Source: Podarcis filfolensis (lineage: Eukaryota). From it: DNA of 64,000 nt. The notes below the pieces were generated by a model. The model was not told where the DNA came from. It saw only the letters and a list, made by a program, of their open reading frames with translations, and made no database searches. Every line of letters starts with the position of its first letter. Within the stretch, counting starts at the first letter, position 1. The stretch is taken from the NCBI GenBank assembly GCA_964270895.1, contig OZ185443.1. One strand, 5' to 3'. Positions 51,255 to 62,215 of this stretch are shown here, piece by piece. Both the position numbers and the translations under genes were made by a program.

Positions 51255-51350
51255 GTTTTATTCTGTTTTTAGTGATCTGTTGGGAGCCGCCCGGAGTGGC
51301 TGGGGAAACCCAGCCAGATGGGCAGGGTATAAATAATGAAATTATTGTTG

Positions 51351-51402
<52 letters not shown>
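51255..51402 (+). mobile_element. LINE (L2-type) 3' tail with (ATT)n microsatellite
   Basis: GGGAGCCGCCCGGAGTGGCTGGGGAAACCCAGCCAGATGGGCAGGGTATAAAT followed by ~16 ATT units. Confidence 0.65.
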
Positions 51403-52080
51403 CTGATCCTGTTGTATATGGGATAGGCTATGTATCAGCAAGTGAGATAACCAGGAAATCTTCCTCTAATTAAACTGGCACAGTTTGCCAATATCTAGCC
51501 ATCTGAAACTGCAAGTAACCAAACATTTTATTAGGCTACCAAGGAAAGCTTTAAGTGTTCAGAATTAAAGTGAAAGAATACCAGAAACAAGACCACAGCA
51601 TCCCAGGACTATTTTTTGATTCAGCCAGAGAAGCTCCACTGAGTCTTCATGAGACATCTAATGAGCTTGCACAAATACTACATAGATTATAAAGGAAGTA
51701 AGGCTTGTGCAGTACATGAATTGGAAATGTTGAACAGGGTATGAATGCTGGCAGTGCCAAAAGAATTGAAAGGAATAGCTTTGTCCACCTCTGCAGTTCT
51801 TTGTGTGATGTGATACATACCTATATTTGTGCAAGCAGTGGTTGTTATCCATACCACATTGCATGAACTGACACCACTTCTACTTCATTTCCCTATTTTT
51901 TTTCCATGCATGTCAATGAAGAGGCATGAGCATTTGCATGAAGATTGAGACTGAAGTTGTGTATCATACCGTCAATTGCCTAAAACCTTCCATTGCTACT
52001 TTTGGGAAGTGGGACTGAAACTAAATCACTGCAGTAATGGCTCTAATTGGTTCTGTAGCAAACAGTGTTTTAAAAACACA

Positions 52081-52237
52081 TAGTGGCACCTCAGGTTAAG
52101 TACTTAATTCGTTCCGGAGGTCCATTCTTAACCTGAAACTGTTCTTAACCTGAAGCACCACTTTAGCTAATGGGGCCTCCTGCTGCCGCCATGCCACCGG
52201 AGCACGATTTCTGTTCTCATCCTGAGAGGTACCACTG
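52081..52237. mobile_element. Tigger/pogo-like MITE, internally deleted
   Basis: TAGTGGCACCTCAGGTTAAG...GAGGTACCACTG|TA; shorter than its siblings. Confidence 0.82.
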
Positions 52238-53096
52238 TATCTTAGAACCTCCCTGACACTCAAAACTAGCTATTTCATAATACCACTCAAGGCCTCCATC
52301 TTCTTTTGTTGTCTACAATATACTAACTGGGAAGTGTGCACAATTATGCAATTGGACAAATTCAGCATCTATTTAAAAACAAAACACCACAACCATGAGC
52401 GTGTAGTTCTGGCATGAGAGACTTGCCAATTTGTGGAAAGTACACAAAAGAATATTTCAGGACAGTGAGAGGCTAAAAAACCTGAAATGAAATATAACTA
52501 GGATAAAACAGGAATGAAAACGAGAAGCATGCCCACAGGGGCATCAGAGAGGGGCCAAAATGAAGATGTTGTGAGCTGGAACTGCTTGAGATGCAAAGAA
52601 CTGAGGGCAGGAGTCTGATGAGATTAAAATAAGAAAACAAACTCTGGAAATGTGGTTGAACTGTAACTAGAAGCAGGGTGCCGCCACTCGAAGGAAGGTC
52701 AGTATGTTTGCTGTTAGTGGCAGCTGAGAAATGTGAGCTGGGAGTGCAATATTGGGTTTTTTGAATAGGGTTTATGGCAATGCATATCCTATGTGCAAAG
52801 CTGAGAAACAATGCTAAGTGAAACATCATTAGAAAAATGAGGATTAGAGAGAAAGCGAACAGAAATAAGTAAAGTTGTCAAGATTACTGCTGTATTGATA
52901 ATTCATTGGATTATTTCTGAGATGTTTGTGTCGTTTTAAATTGCAGTTATGTCAATCAGTGCAACAATTTCAATGTTTAATCCATTGGTGGTGTTTGGTA
53001 AAATATTCCCCTGATTTCCATCTATGATAAAAAATGAGTATCACTGTTGCATTAATCAGTGTGCTATTTCAGACTGTGGTACAGCTCATAACCCTA

Positions 53097-53238
53097 NNNN
53101 NNNNNNNNNNNNNNNNNNNNNNNNNNNNNNNNNNNNNNNNNNNNNNNNNNNNNNNNNNNNNNNNNNNNNNNNNNNNNNNNNNNNNNNNNNNNNNNNNNNN
53201 NNNNNNNNNNNNNNNNNNNNNNNNNNNNNNNNNNNNNN
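53097..53238. other. Assembly gap (142 N)
   Basis: Run of N; the right flank looks like the reverse-strand tail of a MIR-like SINE. Confidence 0.99.
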
Positions 53239-53301
53239 GACCTCAAGGTGGCCTACATGGTTCTTCCCCCTCCCTCACAACAACCTCATAACTTTTTGGC
53301 T

Positions 53302-53690
53302 ACATGTAGTGGTCAGGTTGTCGGACCCGAGAGACCAGGGCTCAAATCCCTACTCAGCCATGAAGTTCACTGGATGACCTTGGGTCAGTCACTCTATCTC
53401 AGCCTAACCTACCCCACAGACCTTTTGTGAGAATAGAATTAGGGGGACAGAGGCAGATTTAAGGCAGCATGACTGGTCCACCGCACTGGGCATCAAGCCT
53501 AAGAGATGCTACAGGGTGTTGCAATTATGATGCAATGAATTGAGCAGAACGAAAGGGGGGGGCGCCAAATTTTGGGCTCACACAGGGCACTGCTGAAATT
53601 TGAATGACCAAAGTCTACTCCTGAGGGGGAGAACCATGTACACTACTTTGACTTCCTTTGAGGAAACATAGGATACAAATGTAAATAACA
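53302..53690 (+). mobile_element. CORE/MIR-like SINE interrupted by a MITE
   Basis: GTAGTGG...GGGCTCAAATCCC...CAGCCATGAAGTTCACTGGATGACCTTGGG...; the body resumes after 53623 with AGGGGGAGAACCATGTAC. Confidence 0.75.
53448..53623. mobile_element. hAT-like MITE nested in a SINE
   Basis: Imperfect TIRs CAGAGGCAGATTT / AAAGTCTACTCCTG; AGGGGGA duplicated on both sides. Confidence 0.65.
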
Positions 53691-55460
53691 ATTCAGCTTG
53701 CCAAAATGTTCAACCACTGACTATTCCTAGAAACGAACCCGTAAAATAGTGTGCTTAGTATTCTAGTTCTGCATGAAGTGCTTACAGATAGGAAGTGACT
53801 TTGGTAACTTGAGAAACCAGCAAAAGCTGCAAAGAAAAGAAAAATCTGTACATTATATTAATACTGAAATATATTGTGTTAGACCATTGTAAATTCTAAA
53901 TGAATCCAATTGCATCAATGGCCTTCTTCTCACATTACACAAAGTGTCTTATAAACTCACTTTTGCTGAGCAAGACCTCCAAAGCAAAGAGGGGGGGAAA
54001 AGGTTAATCAAAACATGCAAGTGCAAAAATGCAAACTACTCAGATCTGTCAAAATTAATGATGGTGGCAAGAAGGAAACAATACAGTTCTCCTTTCTAGA
54101 CTGCCAGAACCTGCATGGTCTGCGTCATGTTAATAAATGTTGTAGAAAAAAACCTATGCTGTTCCTCTAGTTGTGGTATTTATGTATTTTATAGTCTATG
54201 ATTTTAAATGCAAGAGGGAATACTCTATTAAACAATGGAATCTCCTGCAATCTGAATGGCCTCTTCGGGGCACAGAAAATTCTAAACATTCCCTTAGCAT
54301 TCCACAGAAAATATATATGCTGAAGGCCAACTTATAAGGGGAAATTCGTACAAAAAAAAGGCATACCATTCAAAACAGGTTTACATCCGGATATCCCAAA
54401 CACAGAACCAAACCACACATTATGCTAAATGCCTAGTTTGCACTTGTATTTTAAATCTAAAAGGTAGCATAATCCAGAATGGAACTTGAGCAGAGTGGGA
54501 TTAACCTTTCGCAACACACCATACAGCCACAAGTGGCACAGAGTGCTTGGAAAAAAAACAACCAAGGAGGAAAATGAAAACAGTAACAATCCCCTCCTAA
54601 AGATTTTGGTGAAATTTCTTCTTTGGCTCCACTCTCCATCAATCTTCCTTGTTTTTCTTACCCATCCAATCAATTAATGTTGGGGGGGGGGGAGGTTTGA
54701 AATCTTCAGCACAGCTCTAGTTAAAAATAAAAAATCTTCATCTGAATCTGTGGCCAAATGATTTTGTTTCTACAGCATCAATTCCTAGTGCTGCATTTAT
54801 TGTTACATTATCTCTGTTGAATTCAGACCTTACTTATTAGCTTACATTCCTAAGACTGTTCCTGCCTGTCTGCATCTCATATACAGCTTTACGTATCTCC
54901 AAAGACGATATTCAATATTCACTGTGTTATGCAGCCAGATCTGAAACCTACTGCCAACTATAAAGATATCATACATTAAATTCTTATTTAATGAGAGTGT
55001 AGCTCATAAATTATATCAGCTTTTTTAGAGAGAGAGAGAGAGAAATGGAGTGGTATCAAAATGATGTGTCACCAAGTGCATATTTCGTTGGAAAAATGCA
55101 AGGTCAAAGGCCCATTTAGGCCACAGCCTAAGCACATGCAGACCTGAATGCAGAGTTCTACTGAAATAAGAGACTTATTTTCAAGAACTGGCTGGAATCC
55201 AAAAAGCTACTTTAGGTGAGTACAAGACCTAGCGGGTACCCAGTGGGATTTTCAAATGTTGTTCTTTCAACAAGAGACCCCCATATCACAAGATGTTTCG
55301 AAACTTCTTTCAGTTTCAAAACTACTTTGCAATTTGGTATACGGGAACCCTATCCAAAGGTCCCTTTGGCACACACAGCTAGTCGCAACCTGAGAAGAGA
55401 CTCTAAAGACGACCTCAGTATGCAGGCAGGCTGGTATGGGAACAAGCATTCATTCAAGTA

Positions 55461-55696
55461 CAGTGGTACCTCGGGTTACAGACGCTTCAGGTTACAGGCG
55501 CTTCAGGTTACAGACTCCACCAACCCAGAAACAGTACCTCAGGTTGAGAACTTTGCTTCAGAATGAGAACAGAAATCGTGCGGCGGCGGTACAGAGGCAG
55601 GCCCCATTAGCTAAAGTGGTACCTCAGGTTAAGAACAGTTTCAGGTTAAGAACGGACCTACAGAACAAATTAAGTTCTTAACCCAAGGTACCACTA
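55461..55696. mobile_element. Tigger/pogo-like MITE
   Basis: TA|CAGTGGTACCTCGGGTTACA...AAGGTACCACTA|TA. Confidence 0.88.
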
Positions 55697-55979
55697 TATC
55701 TTGGTTCTAACCTTTTAATGCAATTTAACACCAGCACTTTGAATTGTGCTTGGAAATAGACCAGAAGGCAGTGCTGTTTTTGCAGTGTATTTAAAATACA
55801 CCAGGCCCAAGCTGTGTACACACCATACATTTGGTGCACATTTAAAACACATTCCCCCGAAACCCGAGAACTACAGTTTATCCCTACCATTCCCAGCATC
55901 CTAAACAAACTAAAGTTTCCAGGATTCTTAGGGGGAAATGGGCTTTAAATGTATACTGTGTTCACTGCCTCAACCTAGT

Positions 55980-56256
55980 TTTGCTTAGTCGTTTAGTCGT
56001 GTCCGACTCTTCGTGACCCCATGGACCAGAGCACGCCAGGCACTTCTGTCCTCCACTGCCTCCCGCAGTTTGATCAAACTCATGCTGGTAGCTTCAAGAA
56101 CACCATCCAACCATCTCATCCTCAGTCGTCCCCTTCTCCTTGTGCCCTCCATCTTTCCCAACATCAGGGTCTTTTCCAGGGAGTCTTCTCTTCTCATGAG
56201 GGGGCCAAAGTATTGGAGCCTCAGCTTCACGATCTGTCCTTCCAGTAAGCACTCAG
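55980..56256 (-). mobile_element. RTE-BovB LINE 3' fragment with 13-bp TSD
   Basis: LQYFGPLMRREDSLEKTLMLGKMEGTRRRGR...GVTKSRTRLND; GCCTCAACCTAGT at 55967-55979 and 56257-56269. Confidence 0.93.
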
Positions 56257-56588
56257 GCCTCAACCTAGTAGATGTACTTAACTATCTGCAATTTCTTAAC
56301 AGTCTTTGAAGCAGGTCCAACTGTGAGACATTGTAGTAGACTCTCCTAAATGCTACCATAATATGGATAGCTAACTCGCTTCATTACTTTAAACTGGATT
56401 AATGTTCTTTGGATCAGGTCCACACTGTTTTGGCAACGATTCTGAATCAATGGTTACAACAATTAAATTTAGCTGTAGCGATAATAACACAGCCACTTAT
56501 AGTGAAATGAGACACTGAAAATCATCATCACTCCAAATCATTTTGCTTTTATTGAAAGGGCCAAAGCTTTTAGAATGATAAAAAATGA

Positions 56589-58731
56589 AGGCCTTCCAGG
56601 TTAGCGCCAGCGGCGAATGGCGGAGTTCCTGCGATTGGAGGAACGGGCTCCGTGGAAACTGGGTCTTCCCACCGCGGCGAAGGTGGGGACCCGCTAGAAA
56701 TCCCAGGTGGAGGAAGCCTGGGAACGTGGGGTTCGGCAGGGCACCAGGAGCGCCTCCCCTACTCGCGGGGAACCCCATTTTGGGGCTCCGGAGCGAAGTG
56801 GGGTGAGTGGCGCGGTGCTGCGAACGGATTGCTATTTTCACGGAGGGAAGTCGCATAGCCATTGCCGGAGAGCGCTGACTTTTTCCTGTGGACAATTGGA
56901 CTCTAAACAAGTACCCGTGAGTAGAAACGGAAAATTGGATCAAGAAACATTTTAATTTGGCATTGAAGCGGGAAGGTTTAAAACAGGAAGTCCGCCTTCC
57001 GCTTTTTGTAAATAGACTGAAGCAAAAACCTTGTAAGCTAATAGCCTGGAAAGTCGTTTGTAAAGGTTGAAATTTCCTTCATTTATAACCACTAAAACCC
57101 CCTTGGAAGCAGGAGAAAAGGGGGGGGGGGATTTTGACTGTTCAAGCCTGCAGGAGAAAGAGTAAAAGAAAAATAAGTTTCCACCGTCTCAAACCTGGGA
57201 ACGGGGTGTCAGAGACAGAAATTGTAGGAGACGTTCATTGACTGTAAATGGAACACTTTGACAGATAGTTTTTTAAAAAAAGAGAAATAAACTGATTCCA
57301 ATGTTGCCTTTTGCATCCTAAAGAAACAAAATATTTGAAAAACGAAAGTAACTTTCCTTTGTTGGATATGTTTTAAAAAGAAGGACACAAATAGAAACTG
57401 TCTCCTCTAGAGGGAGCTTGTTAAATTGTTGCTGCAGTCCACTAGTCCACCAGGGGACTTTACAGCTGCGAGATTAAGATCGTGGGACCAGTCTTCTGAC
57501 CTTGAATAAAAATGTGTTGGGAGGAAGTCTTGGTGCTGGCTTTTTGTAAAACAAATGCTTTGCTGGAGCATTTGCATGAGAAGATGGATCTGATGAATGA
57601 GAAGTTGGACTTGATGACTGTTGTAGTCAGTAAATGCGGACAAACAGGGAATACTGACACAGAAATCATACAGGGACCAACTCAGGAAACTGGTTCGACT
57701 GAGCAAGTGCAAGGGCAGATGATAATGGAGGAGGTGGCGGATGCACCTCAAATAATGCAAACGGAGAGATCCGAGGCCCTGCAGAAGCATAAGCCACTGC
57801 CTTTGAAGACTGAATTTGGAGTGGGCCAGGGGGAGTCTGAAGCTGAGGAGGCTTTTAACTTTGGAGGGACTTTGAAATATGCTGTTAATTATTTTTTGGA
57901 TCACATTGAGGACTGCGGGGAGTGGGACTGTGGGGAATGGGTTGGTCTGATGAGGGGAGATGGAAATAACTATCGGCTGGAATCCCCCAGAGATCTACTC
58001 CTCAAGGAGAAAGGAAAGAATTTAAGAAAGAGATCAACAAAAGATAAGAAGTGCAAGTATAAACAAGAAGGAAATCTGCAGAAGGGGCATGGAAGAGACT
58101 TAAGGGCCTCGGACATAAGATCACCAGGTTGATGGACTGGATGGAATGGACAGTAAGGACTGACACAACCCGAGACCAGGAAGAAGGGACGTTGGATGAA
58201 AATTAGAAGAAAGTCTACAAAGAAAAATTTTTATTTTGGGAATTAGTGTAAAATTAATGAATATTAGGGGAAATGTTGGAATGAAACTATCTGGCTTTAG
58301 TAGAAATGATATAAGGAGTTATGTATAAATAAGTATTAAGTTTTAAGCTTTAAGGTATTTTATGGTAAAATAAGGTTAAATAAATTAAGGTAAATTGAAT
58401 AACAGAATATGGTGAAAGATGGAAAGGATTTGCTGAGCTAATTAATAGGCTAGACTGTTAAGATAAATTATTTAAATAAAAATCGAGAAAGATGGAAAGA
58501 ATTTGCTGAAATAATAAATTAAGCTAGAATACAAAAAGGGAGGTATGAGGAGGTCAAGGAAATAAGCAAATGAAAGAAGTAATATGGGATTTGTATTTTC
58601 TTTTTTTGTTGTGGTGTTGTTGTATTGGTTTTTTTATGTATTTTTTCATCTGTTTTTTTGTTTTTTGTATCTCTCTTTTCTTCTTCCTCCTGTACTTTGG
58701 AAACTCTGAATAAATATCATTTTTAAAAAAA
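56589..58731 (+). mobile_element. L1-like non-autonomous non-LTR retroelement, apparently full length (CpG-rich 5' end, single ORF, A tail)
   Basis: Flanked by TAGAATGATAAAAAATGA (56571-56588) and TAGAATGATAAAAATGA (58732-58748). CpG-dense first ~300 bp; AATAAA then an A-run at the 3' end; no RT/EN ORF. Confidence 0.8.
57512..58132 (+). CDS. 206-aa ORF of the L1-like element; N-terminal heptad coiled coil, basic C-terminus (ORF1-like, unconfirmed)
   Basis: Intact ATG..TGA. L-x2-L-x3-M-x2-M-x3-L-x2-M-x3-V heptad in LEHLHEKMDLMNEKLDLMTVVV; Lys/Arg-rich KEKGKNLRKRSTKDKKCKYK near the C-terminus. Confidence 0.45.
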   Translation: MCWEEVLVLAFCKTNALLEHLHEKMDLMNEKLDLMTVVVSKCGQTGNTDTEIIQGPTQETGSTEQVQGQMIMEEVADAPQIMQTERSEALQKHKPLPLKTEFGVGQGESEAEEAFNFGGTLKYAVNYFLDHIEDCGEWDCGEWVGLMRGDGNNYRLESPRDLLLKEKGKNLRKRSTKDKKCKYKQEGNLQKGHGRDLRASDIRSPG

Positions 58732-59694
58732 TAGAATGATAAAAATGAGTTCCTCTTGGTATTTACCCATAATTCTAAATCATGAGTCATTACGGCTTCA
58801 AAAATATTGAAATAATTGAAGCAAAGGAAATAAAAGGATATGCATCTTTTCTGGAACTCGAATCGTTCCCACCAAAGAAGGAAAACCATGCATAGAATTC
58901 GCCTGCTAGTCTGGAAAAAATTTAAAGCTGACCACTACAATGTAGTAGCTTGTATTTCCATCCACTGTTTAATTAAAAAATGAACCTTTCCCCCATCTGT
59001 AGTTGAATGCATATAATAATTCATTTAAGACAGTAGCACTCTGTCAAAATTCACTGCTTTCTTTGTGAAGTTTGTCAGTTTACAAGACTTTCCAGACACA
59101 GCCATGAGCAAATTATGTTCATACAAATTATGCTGTGTTTCAGTATTATTTCCACGAAACAAAGCAAGTAATTAATGCACATGATTCAGAATTACATCTG
59201 AAACAAAACAGTCACAATTCTCCAGGGTACAAAAGTTCAATTCAGCCATTCAAGCATGAACCCAAGTAACCAAATTCAGTTAAAACAGCAATTATTTAAA
59301 TGTTAATTATTCAAAGTCTCATTTTGTGCAAATTCAAATAGTACCAGTGTCATGATGTATCAACTCTATTAAGTATCACACTTATATTAACTTCTGCTTA
59401 AAATGTGAATGTTCACCAGTTCCTTCTGTTCAGTGATGTAGTTCCTATATTCAAACTGGATTGTTAACTGAGTACTTACTTGAAAAGCAGAAAGGCAAAA
59501 GCAGTCTTTCCTATCATCAAGAGGTAGATGCTTCAGATACCGGATCTGAGTGGTCATGAAAAGGCAGCAAGTTGTTGTTGTTTATATATTTTACTCCCAA
59601 GGAGAGGTGTTTGACGGATTTTCTAACTCAGGTACCAAAATAAATAACTTGATCATGGGTAATATGACCTTAACTTGCATCAGAGCATCTAGCA

Positions 59695-59832
59695 CAGCCT
59701 TTCTCAACCTGTGGGTCCCCAGATGTTGTTGAACTACAACTCCCATCACCCCTAGCTAGCAAGGCCAGAGCTCAAGGATGATGGGAGTTGTAGTCCAACA
59801 ACATCTGGGGACCCACAGGTTGAGAACTGCTG
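59695..59832. mobile_element. Palindromic hAT-type MITE
   Basis: TTCTCAACCTGTGGGTCCCCAGATGTTGTTG...CAACAACATCTGGGGACCCACAGGTTGAGAA; TSD not clean. Confidence 0.85.
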
Positions 59833-60984
59833 ATAGCAGTTCCAACAGAAGCCCCTGCATTACAGAGATCTCCCACTAAATTTAAAGGTGGGTTTTTGTG
59901 TGTGTGAGGATGGTACACTCCACTGTTTGTTGAGCTGCCCTCTTTACACACAAAAAAAATTAAGACACATCTTTAAAAATGTCTTGCCAACCATTGGCGG
60001 GGGGCAAATTAATCAATGGAAAGGCAACTCTTGAACCAAGCCAATGTCACCTGATTAAGATTGCAATCCTCGACACCTGGCTAATAGCCACTGGACACAG
60101 GAGTACAACTTAATTCCAAGTGCACACACATGAGATCATGCTTTAAGAAGACTACTCTCTACAAATGTTTACCTTGCTGATTTTATAAATTAATGAATAC
60201 TTGGGGGTAAAACCACAGGGGCTGAAGTCTGAATTAATATCTTAGTCAAATTGGTTTGAAGTAAATTATGTGAGATATCTGCAGTGAGAAATATAGCAAT
60301 GCCTCTATGTCCTCTGCCTACTCTTCATCATTAAAAGTTAGATAGAGACACTTTTGAAATCCCTGGTACTATATGCTGTTGGCGGGGCAGTCAGGAACTG
60401 CTGAGAACATCGAAAAGCATATGATTTCTATTACACTTTGTGGTTAAGCCATTTTGACCTTTCCTAGTTTATTCTCGCAACACAGATTTCACGGTATTCA
60501 CCGTAGTCAGTCCAATCCCCAAAGGACGTTTTTAATGCACACGTTCCAAATTGCAAACTCTTAGCAGGGAACCCTCCATTTACCAATAAATTCCTTAACA
60601 GTGAGTTCTGTATAATTGCATTATGCTGGAAAGTGTTGAAGAACTGTTAGTACTTTGACCCAGCAAATCTATATGTATTCGAGGAGGGCAATGCAAGTTA
60701 GAAACTGCTTGTGTGGGGAGCGCACTTGCATATTAATAATTCACATCTGATTTGCATCTGAGATTTGATTTTCTCTCTGCAACGGGCATAAGAATCAGTA
60801 TCTGCTCCTGTATCGGTGTTTGACAAGTGATCAGATAGAGAAGAAAAGGCACACTTGGCCAACACCAGAAGATAAACACAAAAAAGTTTGGTTCCTGGTT
60901 TTGCTCTGTGCAAAAGGCTGCATAATACTGAGTGAAACATATCCTCACCCCCTTCATTAGGCATATTGCATTGTGCAGAATATA

Positions 60985-61226
60985 CAGTGGTACCTCGGGT
61001 TACATACGCTTCAGGTTACATATGCTTCAGGTTACAGACTCCACTAACCCAGAAATAGTGCTTCAGGTTAAGCACTTTGCTTCAGGATGAGAACAGAAAT
61101 CGTGCTCCTGCGGTGCAGCAGCAGCAGGAGGCCCCATTAGCTAAAGTGGTGCTTCAGGTTAAGAACAGTTTCAGGTTAAGTACGGACCTCCAGAACAAAT
61201 TAAGTACTTAACCCGAGGTACCACTG
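60985..61226. mobile_element. Tigger/pogo-like MITE
   Basis: TA|CAGTGGTACCTCGGGTTA...TAACCCGAGGTACCACTG|TA, perfect 18-bp TIR. Confidence 0.9.
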
Positions 61227-61444
61227 TACAGGGATGCAATTGTGAGCCTCCAAGCCTCTCTATCATGCCCTTGGGACTTTGGCCATGTCCCTTCCCTAGA
61301 CCACACCTTTCACTGGCCCTGCTCCTCTCCCTCCTGGAATGCTTTTGCTTGACTGGAATATGTCCTTGAACTGAGACAATGTTTCTTGGTTGTCTGGACA
61401 GAGAGAAGTAGGTGTGAATGGGTGGCTGTGCCTAGAAATTCCTA

Positions 61445-62042
61445 ACAGAATAATAGAATTGTAGACTTGGAAGGGATCCCGAGGGTCATCTAGTCCAACT
61501 CCCTGCAGTGCAGGAATCTCAACTAAAGCATCCATGACAGATGGCCATCCCACCTCTGCTTAAAAAACTCAAAGGAAGGAGAGCCCATAACCTCCCTAGG
61601 AAGTCCATTCCACTGTTGAACAACTCTTACTGTCAGAAAGTTCTTCCTGATGCTTAGTCAGAATCTCCTGTCTTGTAACTTGAATCTATTGGTTTGGGTC
61701 CTACCCTCCCAGAGCAGGAGAAAACAAGCTTTCTCCATCTTCCATGTGACATCCCTTTGAATATTTGAATATGGCTATTGTATCTCCTCTTAGTCTCCTC
61801 TTTTCCAGGTTAAACATACACAGTTTCCTCAACTGTTTCTCATAAGGCTGGTTTCCAGACCCTTGATTATCTTGGTTGTCCCCTGCACACATTCCAGCTT
61901 GTCAATATCCTTCTTAAATTGTGGCACCCAGAACTGGACACAGCATTCCAGGTATGGTCTGACCAAGGCAGAATAGAGTGGTACTATTACTTCCCTTGAC
62001 CTGGACACTATACTTCTGCTGATGCAGCCTAGAAGAGCCTCA

Positions 62043-62092
<50 letters not shown>

Positions 62093-62215
62093 CTGCATCA
62101 CAGTTGACTCACGTTAACCTTGTGGTCTACTAAGACCCCTGGATCCTTTTATACTGGAAAGCCTGTGGACCCCCATCTTATATTTGTGCAGCTGCTTTTC
62201 CTAAGTGTAGAACTG
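61445..62215 (-). mobile_element. CR1 LINE 3' fragment (ORF2 end plus 3' UTR), interrupted by (CT)n
   Basis: [41 protein letters not shown] and LEKRRLRGD.IAIFKY CR1 ORF2 motifs; CR1-type 3' end near 61445. Confidence 0.9.
62046..62090. repeat. (CT)n microsatellite inside CR1
   Basis: Pure 45-bp CT run. Confidence 0.97.

Noticed and set aside
51056-51441. ORFs with poly-Ile or poly-ER tracts (also 61829-62101)
   Set aside because: Artefacts of translating (ATT)n and (CT)n microsatellites.
57947-57968. CTGATGA...GAAA in the L1-like ORF (also near 52597) as hammerhead cores
   Set aside because: No base-paired stem II between the two core segments.
39375-62215. Orientation bias of retroelements relative to FAT4
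   Set aside because: Both orientations occur (PLE, one BovB and the L1-like element on +; CR1, L2 and the other BovB on -), and numbers are too small.
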